From positions 1-64,000 of IMG/VR virus record IMGVR_UViG_3300009979_000063: a DNA stretch of 64,000 nucleotides. One strand, written 5' to 3'. Source of the DNA: a virus (Duplodnaviria > Heunggongvirae > Uroviricota > Caudoviricetes). Positions within the stretch are counted from its first letter, which is position 1. The number at the start of each line of letters is the position of its first letter. Below the pieces are notes generated by a model. The model saw nothing but the letters and a program-made list of their open reading frames with translations. It was not told where the DNA came from and did not search any database. This document shows positions 1 through 7,204 of the stretch, one piece after another. Both the position numbers and the translations under genes were made by a program.

Positions 1-436
1 AATTCCGATATTGGCAGTACGCACAACTTCACGATGCTTTGGACGTGGCTCATTGCAGCCGGCGTCGGTGTGAACCCATCGGACTTCTTGACTACTCCAC
101 GTGATTGCGTTTGCACAATTGCTGCATTGCTGCCGTGGGTAGTCCATTGCTTTCCTTTCTCAAGTCCCTAAGGGGGTCCGTTCTTTTAGCACTATACCAG
201 ACCTGCCGTCAGCATACAAGCAAAGCATAGATGCGAATGAAATAATTTGTACCGGCCCCAAATGCCACGGACCAACAACATTTTGAGTGCCCGTTCACTC
301 TGGTATCAGCCAAGCAGGTTAACTAGAACCTCTAACTGTACTCAGAAATTCGTTACAAAGACACGGGCCACATCTTTGCACCGCCGCGAATAGCTGGCCC
401 TCATTCGAAGACGAACAAGTAGGCTATTCGGAGGTT

Positions 437-730
437 TTAGTCGATGTCCGTCACCGTCAGGAAATCGATCGAGCCGTTGGCGCCGTTGTCGAAACGAAAC
501 GCCAAGTAGTTCGGGTCAGAGTCGGGCGTCTGATCCAGACGCTTGATCGCGTCTGCAATCTTGTCCTGCACATCGGCAGAAAAAGACGCGCTATAATTCT
601 CCCGCCCAGCGAAGAATTCAGCGATCAGCTCCTGAGCAGCTTCAACAGTGTCGACGGATTCGGCAATTTGAAACTCCTCCGAATCACCTTCGGAATCATC
701 GACAGTCTTGTAGTCAATCTGAAAAGCCAC
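437..730 (-). CDS. small highly acidic hypothetical protein (97 aa)
   Basis: ORF with very high Asp/Glu content; no recognisable catalytic motif. Confidence 0.4.
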   Translation of the reverse strand: MAFQIDYKTVDDSEGDSEEFQIAESVDTVEAAQELIAEFFAGRENYSASFSADVQDKIADAIKRLDQTPDSDPNYLAFRFDNGANGSIDFLTVTDID

Positions 731-956
731 TGTAGCACGCTCGCATTCATCTAGCTCGGAGGGTGTCTCACGCTGTGCAATGTATGTTACACTACGTGAC
801 TGTGTCTGTCAATAGCCGCGCTGTTTATTGAAGATTCGCTGCACCCGGCCGACTTTGTTTGCCTTACGGCGTCTTAGCTTCTCTTTAAAGGGCACTGTGC
901 CTAGATAAATGTGCTTACGTTGTAGTGCAGCTAGTATTATTTGTTGATATGACAAT

Positions 957-1859
957 TTAGCCTACTGGCAACGTTCCAACCACACCCGGCCCCATTCCGC
1001 AGTTAAAAGTACCGGGAAGAGGTGCGTTACGGTCCGTAGCTGATTTAACAATATCTAGGCAGGTCTGTGTAAGCGCTTGCGGAGTCAAAGACTGCTGACG
1101 TAGAGCGTTGGTCTCGTTGTCGATCTTAGCCTTTTCCTGCTCTGCCTTCGCATTTTCAATATCAGCCTGCAATTGAACGCCGCGGTTGATTCGGTCCTGT
1201 GTAGCCTGATCCGGATCAATACCCTGCAAGCTAATCGACTCGATTGTGATGCCGTTTGCCTTCAACAGGCCATCGTTGGCATTGAGTCCCTTGATTAAGG
1301 ACGCGTTGATCTTGTCACGATTAAGACCATTGGTTGCATCGGTTGGCGAATACTGAGCAAAAGTCTCGTTTAGTTGATCCCTAACAACAGAACTGACCAG
1401 CTGCGATTGAACGCTATCGAAACTACGGTACGAACGATAGAGATTGGTAGCTGCTTCATTGTTCTCAATCCGCCAACGGGTCGTAGTGCTTACATTGCCA
1501 CCGCTGTTGCCTTGGAACTTTACTGCGACCGTTGGTGAATCGCTAGACCCGTCTTTATTGGACATGTCTAGAACCTGTGTTCTAGTGCTGAATCGCTCTA
1601 CGCTCGACCACGGAGCAAGCAAATGTCCACCGCTGTTTACTACCCCGTTCACTTTGCCAAAGGTAGTCTGAATTCCGATCTCGTTAGCACCAATTACCGT
1701 AAATGACATGATGCCTAGAATGATAAGAGTGATTAGCCCTGAGGCTACGGCCCCTCCCCCGCCGACACCACGTGTCTCTCTGTCTGTTCCTAGAAACGCC
1801 GCCGCTAAACAGCCTAGGAATATTAGTCCTCCGATAACGAGAACTACGATTGCGCCCAT
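957..1859 (-). CDS. SPFH/band-7 (HflK/flotillin-like) membrane protein
   Basis: two N-terminal hydrophobic segments, then an SPFH-type core (TFGKVNGVV..GGHLLAPW..V.RFSTRTQVLD ... GITIESISLQGIDP), then a coiled-coil C-terminus. Confidence 0.7.
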   Translation of the reverse strand: MGAIVVLVIGGLIFLGCLAAAFLGTDRETRGVGGGGAVASGLITLIILGIMSFTVIGANEIGIQTTFGKVNGVVNSGGHLLAPWSSVERFSTRTQVLDMSNKDGSSDSPTVAVKFQGNSGGNVSTTTRWRIENNEAATNLYRSYRSFDSVQSQLVSSVVRDQLNETFAQYSPTDATNGLNRDKINASLIKGLNANDGLLKANGITIESISLQGIDPDQATQDRINRGVQLQADIENAKAEQEKAKIDNETNALRQQSLTPQALTQTCLDIVKSATDRNAPLPGTFNCGMGPGVVGTLPVG

Positions 1860-1862
1860 TAG

Positions 1863-2429
1863 TTATACTTTCTTTGCAAAAATCACAATGTTGTCTTCAT
1901 AGTTGTGGCCTGTACGATCTAGCTTGCCGCCACATGTTATAAGTCTTACTTCGGCTTCGGCCACCCGGCCGTAAATCTCATCAGTTGGAAAGTGTTGCTT
2001 ATGAACGACTAGCTTTTTGTAGATGATGAACTTTCTTTCTGATCCATCTGTCATCTTAATCCAGAACTCACCAAACTGCCCAAGTTCTGCCAATCTTGCA
2101 AATACCCCCGGCTTTCCCCCTCCATTGACATGCCCTAAAATTACTGCCGGTCGGGATAAGGTCTGTCCCGGCTCGTCGGCGATAAAATCGCCTGGCATGG
2201 GGAAGCGGTCATAATAACTCGCTTGCTCCGGGGTATAAACGTTAGGAACCTCTAGCGTTCCGTCTGCGTTTAAGCCGGTGGGTATTAGCGTACTATTTGC
2301 CTGAATGCGCGGAATAGTAATACTTGCTGGTTTCGGTTCAGCTGTAGCGATACCATCTATTGTTTTACTGGGAGCAGTGCATCCCACTAAAGTTAGTAGT
2401 AAGCCAAGTAAAACTATTATCTTCGTCAT
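1863..2429 (-). CDS. sortase-family transpeptidase-like lipoprotein
   Basis: lipobox signal MTKIIVLLGLLLTLVGC; sortase beta-barrel pattern ITIPRIQANSTLIPTGLNADGTLEVP ... AVILGH(100) ... GEFWIKM..RKFIIYK ... RLITC(166)GGKLDR(172); His-Cys spacing of 66 aa as in SrtA. Confidence 0.5.
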   Translation of the reverse strand: MTKIIVLLGLLLTLVGCTAPSKTIDGIATAEPKPASITIPRIQANSTLIPTGLNADGTLEVPNVYTPEQASYYDRFPMPGDFIADEPGQTLSRPAVILGHVNGGGKPGVFARLAELGQFGEFWIKMTDGSERKFIIYKKLVVHKQHFPTDEIYGRVAEAEVRLITCGGKLDRTGHNYEDNIVIFAKKV

Positions 2430-2941
2430 GCACGGCCGGTATCGACTGATCCGACAGGAACGTTAGCATGTGGCGAAACCACTCTTACGCTAGTTGTCGG
2501 AGTAACCGTAGGCACTGCAACCTTTGTTGTCGCGACTACCGGATTGCATCCTTCGATCAGCTTATTGAATTCCTGCTGCGAGGTCGCCTTAACGAATTCA
2601 TCGACTGCCTTTTGTAAAGCTAGCGCCTCTGAATCAGTTTCCGCCGGTGCTATACCTAGCGTAGTTAGTGCATCGTTTACACCATCGAGATCAATACCAG
2701 AGCTGTCTAGCTGCGCAGTGAGCGAGGTATCTAGGTCTACTACATCGTCTAGAGTTGTCAAATCTAAGCATAGATTGACGTCTGTTCCGGGAATAGTTAC
2801 TACTGGATCGGCCGCATTAGCTACACTGGTTCCAATAAATCCTAGTGTAAATACTGCTGTAGCGGACGCTAGGGCTAGTGCAATTGTCTTACGCATATTA
2901 TTATGTCCTCCTTCTTTACAAGACGTAAAGAAGCCGGGCAA
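2426..2941 (-). CDS. secreted protein with signal peptide (true start probably ATG at 2896)
   Basis: internal Met followed by MRKTIALALASATAVFTLGFIGTSVANA signal peptide; strong AAGGAGG ribosome-binding site at 2907..2913 about 8 nt upstream of the 2896 ATG; Thr/Val/Pro-rich C-terminus; no LPXTG. Confidence 0.45.
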   Translation of the reverse strand: MPGFFTSCKEGGHNNMRKTIALALASATAVFTLGFIGTSVANAADPVVTIPGTDVNLCLDLTTLDDVVDLDTSLTAQLDSSGIDLDGVNDALTTLGIAPAETDSEALALQKAVDEFVKATSQQEFNKLIEGCNPVVATTKVAVPTVTPTTSVRVVSPHANVPVGSVDTGRA

Positions 2942-2947
2942 GGATTG

Positions 2948-3370
2948 CTCATCGGTATTTTAACAGTTAGCAAACAGTGTGATAACCAATGGGCTCCGGC
3001 CCGGCTTCTAGAAACGATAAGGTTGGGTTTGTTTTGCCCATCGGTGTTTTAACATAGTTGGAGTTGATAACCGATGGACTCCGACCCATATAAGTCTAGT
3101 TGAATGTGGATAAGTTGCGATCAACGGGATTTTTTATGCTACCATTACACCACAGGCCCTTAGATGGACCCGCTAGGATTCGAACCTAGACCCTCTGATT
3201 TCAATTCGGATAACCGTCGGTCAGTCGACCCACATTATAAGCTTTAATCTAGTTAGTTAGCAAACAGATATGTTATGAGATCGGGAAGCTAGTTAAGCTG
3301 CTAGCACAGTTGCCTTGCGGCGTTCAATTTACCAATTAATTGTGAGATAACCGATACTCGTTCGATCCGT
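2948..3370 (-). repeat. tandem array of about 5 degenerate tRNA-like units (72-85 nt period)
   Basis: minus-sense units start GGGYCGR at 3002, 3087, 3159, 3231 and 3368; each has a GGTTATC D-loop-like core (plus-strand GATAACC at 2981, 3066, 3209, 3346); flanking CCATCGGT/ACCGATGG inverted repeats. Confidence 0.5.
3160..3236 (-). pseudogene. pseudo-tRNA or tRNA 3-prime fragment (perfect T-arm CTAGG-TTCGAAT-CCTAG plus acceptor 3-prime strand CGGGTCC-A, no matching 5-prime acceptor)
   Basis: T-arm at 3173..3189 and 3-prime acceptor at 3166..3172 on minus strand; the required 5-prime complement GGACCCG is absent. Confidence 0.35.
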
Positions 3371-3434
3371 TTGTTCTTATGTCTAATACTTTAGCCTAGC
3401 CGGTTGTCGCTGTCAAGCTGTCTCGCAAGATTTT

Positions 3435-4085
3435 TTATAGAGTCAAACCAAGGCGCCCTAAAGTCACCGGGCCGACAATGCCATCTGCTGCGATTCCAAC
3501 TCTACGCTGAAATTCTTTAACAACGGCTTCTGTGGCTGGCCCAAATTGACCGTCTACTGCTAGCGTACTGTATGCCGGGTACATACGATTAAGATATCCC
3601 TGCAACTTTCTAACTGATTCACCAGAAGAACCTACTTGAAGTACATTACCTGTCGGAGTTGTCGGCGGTGCCGCATTGGTACCACCAGTTAGATTCCAGT
3701 CTCTCGTATCGTCGCAGAGACCATTATCCATTACGCTAACATGCATATGTTTGTTATGTGGATTTGCGCCGTTGTATGGCTGCCAAGTCCACGGACGTAC
3801 TCTAGAATCTATAATACGTCGGTTCCAGATGATGTACTTTATTCTAGGATCGCGACTAGCTACTAGTTGTTCTGAAACCTTGTTCATATCCGCGCCATTT
3901 GCGGGATCATGAGTAAAATCTCTAGCAGTTACAATACCGGGGCCATACCACGGATTGTGATCGCTTGATCTAGATGCGTGAGCTGCGTCTCCAATTGAAC
4001 CATCGCTTACTTTCGAACGATTTGGATAAGTTGCATTGATTTGCGCAAGTAGCTTATCTAAAGCTTTAGCTACTCTCCATGCCAA
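3435..4085 (-). CDS. endolysin: peptidoglycan hydrolase (M15-like peptidase/amidase N-domain) with C-terminal PG_binding_1 domain
   Basis: C-terminal GESVRKLQGYLN...VDGQFGPATEAVVKEFQ...DGIVGPVTLGRL peptidoglycan-binding repeat; N-terminal H/D-rich motif GDAAHASRSSDHNPW ... HNKHMHV. Confidence 0.65.
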   Translation of the reverse strand: MAWRVAKALDKLLAQINATYPNRSKVSDGSIGDAAHASRSSDHNPWYGPGIVTARDFTHDPANGADMNKVSEQLVASRDPRIKYIIWNRRIIDSRVRPWTWQPYNGANPHNKHMHVSVMDNGLCDDTRDWNLTGGTNAAPPTTPTGNVLQVGSSGESVRKLQGYLNRMYPAYSTLAVDGQFGPATEAVVKEFQRRVGIAADGIVGPVTLGRLGLTL

Positions 4086-4119
4086 TTCATAGTCATTCCT
4101 TTCTTTAAGAATGACTTAA

Positions 4120-4566
4120 TTATAACACGAATTGAGGATTCACCAGATAGGTTTTGTTATCTCTGATGTCTCGGATACACCGGTCTGACACACAGTATTG
4201 CCTGCACAATTCAGACCTGCTGACACCCAATTGTAGCTTTATCCTGATGCGTTCTGCGTCTTGATAATTAAGTTTCGCTGAGCTTCCATAATCACCAGAA
4301 GTTCGCTTTTCATTGTCTGACTTCGCTTTATGGCAACCTTTGCATAGTAGTTGACATTTGGACAACTCTTTCAATAACTGAGGCCACGGCCGACCCCACT
4401 CCCTGCGAAGGTCGATTTCCTTGGTTCTTCTTTCGATATGATCGATCTCTAGGTCTTCTTCCGAACCACAGTATGCACAGTGATTGCCGAGAATGAACTT
4501 AAACGTGGCTGAGCGCAGCCTATATCGATCTCGCAAATTATCTTTAATTTTGACGTAACTTACCAA
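4120..4566 (-). CDS. HNH homing endonuclease
   Basis: CAYCGSEEDLEIDHIERR ... CKGCHKAKSDNEKR HNH/zinc-finger signature. Confidence 0.75.
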   Translation of the reverse strand: MVSYVKIKDNLRDRYRLRSATFKFILGNHCAYCGSEEDLEIDHIERRTKEIDLRREWGRPWPQLLKELSKCQLLCKGCHKAKSDNEKRTSGDYGSSAKLNYQDAERIRIKLQLGVSRSELCRQYCVSDRCIRDIRDNKTYLVNPQFVL

Positions 4567-4567
4567 G

Positions 4568-4644
4568 TCCGGTAGGGGGGATTTGAACCCAACCTATTTC
4601 CATGTTATAAGCATGGCGCGCATACCAGAATTCGCATCTACCGG
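4568..4644 (-). tRNA. tRNA, anticodon loop CTTATAA (anticodon UAU, Ile-type, reads AUA)
   Basis: perfect 7-bp acceptor CCGGTAG/CTACCGG, 5-bp anticodon stem CCATG/CATGG, T-loop TTCAAAT, discriminator A; the T-stem has two T-C mismatches, so the score would be modest. Confidence 0.45.
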
Positions 4645-4669
4645 TCAGCGGGCTTTCGCCCGCCTTTAG

Positions 4670-4936
4670 CTATTCTTTAATAGCTTCTTTATAATCTGAT
4701 AGACATTGCTGTGCTAGGGAGATAAACTTCTCAAACTGATCTACTACTTCTTTTGGCGTACCCGGAGACAAAGCGCCGTCGCCGCCGAAAAACGAGAAAT
4801 CGTAGTGATCTCCCCATCTAGTACCAACATTAACCCAGACATACGACCAATCGTCTCCTTCGTGCTCAAAGCCGAACTGATATTCTTCACGCTTATTGAT
4901 AGCGTGTTCGTATGTCTTACTTACTGCCTCTGGCAT
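4670..4936 (-). CDS. hypothetical protein (88 aa)
   Basis: ORF with GGAGAG ribosome-binding site; no motif recognised. Confidence 0.4.
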   Translation of the reverse strand: MPEAVSKTYEHAINKREEYQFGFEHEGDDWSYVWVNVGTRWGDHYDFSFFGGDGALSPGTPKEVVDQFEKFISLAQQCLSDYKEAIKE

Positions 4937-4945
4937 TAGCTCTCC

Positions 4946-5029
4946 TCAGTGTCGTCTTACGATATAAACTAGGCCAGCGATGATGATTACAATACCAGCC
5001 ACAATTGCTACAACTGTCAATGGATCCAT
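4946..5029 (-). CDS. 27-aa single-transmembrane peptide (MDPLTVVAIVAGIVIIIAGLVYIVRRH)
   Basis: GGAGGTG ribosome-binding site 6 nt upstream of ATG; hydrophobic core with a positive C-terminus; stop overlaps the ribosome-binding site of the next gene. Confidence 0.25.
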   Translation of the reverse strand: MDPLTVVAIVAGIVIIIAGLVYIVRRH

Positions 5030-5207
5030 GTTGCCACCTCCATTGACATATTATAACATTAATTACGGAACGTAGCCGTGCTGCTGCATCATAATGTAGC
5101 TAGTGCCAAGAGCGCATGCCGACTGGCGGTTGCCCCAGTCGCCGAATTTCTGGTCGGTAAAATTGCTGCCATCGATCATCGCATCGGCAATCGACATAGG
5201 CTTGACA

Positions 5208-5888
5208 CTAACATCCGGCAGTTTCACATCTGCAACCGGCTTTACATCTAGCGTGCTGTGTGTAGACATTCTTGTTCTCCAATACAAATTCTGTAATATC
5301 GTGCGGCTCTGGGATTGTAAAATCCAAGCCTTCTTGCTTTAAATGCCAGGCTATACGCTGTCTCGGCATTCTGTGATTATCGTTCAAGTGTACCACGAAA
5401 TCGGCCGCTGTAGTGAACTGCGACGAAGTACACCCGAACGGGCACTGAATCTTTCCAGACAGATCCGGCAGAAAGGTGCCATAGTCTAACGTGCCAAGTT
5501 CATTTGCGCTATCTAAAAGGTTGCGCAGATATGCCGTATCTACAACATTTCCTAGAAATCTAGTCACCCAATAAGTGTACTTCGCAGCATAAAATACTCG
5601 CTGCGTTCCGTCCGGATCTTTAACTAGATAGCTGAATACACGGTCTACTCTTGCTAAGGGATCAAGTAGTATCGATCCTAATGTAAAATTTTTAACGAAT
5701 CTAGAACGTGTTCTCTGAACGGCTACATGATGTACTCTACTACGAGATACGTCTGTCTCTACCGCGCCGAAACCGTCATGCCCTGTATAGAGATTGCTTT
5801 TGACCGGAGTCATCGGCACTTCGCTATGTGGCAAATAGTCTCGATAGAATTCGTCTCTAAGATTCAGAGGATATAATAGGCGTGTCAC
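5208..5888 (-). CDS. hypothetical protein with C-terminal Cys/His cluster
   Basis: ORF; CPFGC...H...H and CKAGCRCETAGC at the C-terminus. Confidence 0.4.
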   Translation of the reverse strand: MTRLLYPLNLRDEFYRDYLPHSEVPMTPVKSNLYTGHDGFGAVETDVSRSRVHHVAVQRTRSRFVKNFTLGSILLDPLARVDRVFSYLVKDPDGTQRVFYAAKYTYWVTRFLGNVVDTAYLRNLLDSANELGTLDYGTFLPDLSGKIQCPFGCTSSQFTTAADFVVHLNDNHRMPRQRIAWHLKQEGLDFTIPEPHDITEFVLENKNVYTQHARCKAGCRCETAGC

Positions 5889-6301
5889 GCTTTTTCCTTA
5901 GCACTGAAACAGCTTCTTTCAGCACCGGCCCGTTTTCGGACAGCCAATTAATAGTCGCTTGAACTTGCACCCAACGTGGCGATGTGTACTTAATGCTATT
6001 TTCGCCAAAAGCTACATTATAGTCATCTATTAGATAGAGTGCGTGGTCAAGCTCTATTAGTTGTAACTGACCTCTGGCCTCGTGCAGAAATTCCCTGGCT
6101 TGTGTTTCTTCCAACTTGTTGACCTCTGAACTTCACAGGCTAATTCAGCTCGAAGCATAGCGGGGAGCGTTTCTTCAAGCCGTTGCTCTATGTGTGGTAG
6201 TGATAGTAGCGCTTTGTGCTGCATGCCGTCAAGTGTGTACTGCACAAACCATACATCGGATCCTGGCCGGTACCCTATTGACAGGCTGGTTAGCTGTTTG
6301 G

Positions 6302-6673
6302 TCACTCTGACAAATAGTCCTTTAACCAACTTGCATTTTCTTGATCCAATAACCAAACCGCTTCACCATCTTCATCAATTGATTGCGTAACAATTCCTTT
6401 TTCTACTAAATCATCCATTGTTGAATAGAGTTCTGCATTAACTGTAGCTTCAATTATCTTAGCCAGATTTGAGTCGAATTCGCGCAACTTTTGCATATCA
6501 TACAGATAACCGTCGTTATACTCTACCATGTATTCATTATCAAGCATGAACCTAATAAACGCATCTTCGGTAGATTCGCCGGGCAAAAGTTCGACTTCAA
6601 GTTCTACTTGTTTAAAATCATCATCTAATAGGAGCATCTGGCAAAAATGCTCGTAGTATTCATCAAACGTCAA
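6302..6673 (-). CDS. highly acidic hypothetical protein (123 aa)
   Basis: about 25 percent Asp/Glu; no catalytic motif. Confidence 0.4.
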   Translation of the reverse strand: MTFDEYYEHFCQMLLLDDDFKQVELEVELLPGESTEDAFIRFMLDNEYMVEYNDGYLYDMQKLREFDSNLAKIIEATVNAELYSTMDDLVEKGIVTQSIDEDGEAVWLLDQENASWLKDYLSE

Positions 6674-7160
6674 GCTTTGACTTCCTTTTTACAACTCCCG
6701 TTACGCACGCCCAACAATGATACTTCGCATGGTCACAGTTATCCTTTGATCGTTGTCTATATTTTGGGTGTGTTCTAGGCTGAGGACCTGATCCGCACAC
6801 CGTGCAAATTTCGCCAGCGCTCAATAGACGGCCAGACATACATAGCTGACAGACTTCTGGCTTTGGATCTTTTGGGCCTTTGCGTCTGGACTGCCTGAAA
6901 ATTATTGTGCCATCAGGCAACGGTACGTTGTTAGCTTTTTTATTGTTACAAGAAAAACAAGCGATGCGGAGATTATCTATGTGCCAAGCTTCAATTATGT
7001 CATCAAAAGATGACTTTGGATAGTAATGGTCAATAGTAATCTCTTCGTATACGAGCTCCTTATTGCAATAAGCACAATTAGGTCCGTCTCGTTTTCGTAG
7101 AAGCTCAATTAGTTCGCTACGAACCCATTTGTTTATCTTTTCGCCAGAAACTATACTCAA
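6663..7160 (-). CDS. HNH endonuclease (terminase-associated)
   Basis: CAYCNKELVYEEITIDHYYPKS ... NLRIACFSCNNKKAN; immediately downstream of the large terminase. Confidence 0.75.
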   Translation of the reverse strand: MSIVSGEKINKWVRSELIELLRKRDGPNCAYCNKELVYEEITIDHYYPKSSFDDIIEAWHIDNLRIACFSCNNKKANNVPLPDGTIIFRQSRRKGPKDPKPEVCQLCMSGRLLSAGEICTVCGSGPQPRTHPKYRQRSKDNCDHAKYHCWACVTGVVKRKSKLDV

Positions 7161-7204
7161 ATCATTAATCGCCGCACAACCTTTCTCCTCAGTTACTTAG
7201 ACTA

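Noticed and set aside
3355-3375. Plus-strand GTTCGATCC T-loop-like motif suggesting another tRNA
   Set aside because: No complementary T-stem or acceptor stems around it. It is interpreted instead as part of the degenerate tRNA-like repeat unit starting at 3368.
4566-4646. Reading the 4568..4644 element as a plus-strand tRNA (its acceptor stem is symmetric)
   Set aside because: Only the minus orientation yields a GGTTCAAATCC-type T-loop, D-loop GG and a 7-nt anticodon loop with U33. The plus orientation has no T-loop consensus.
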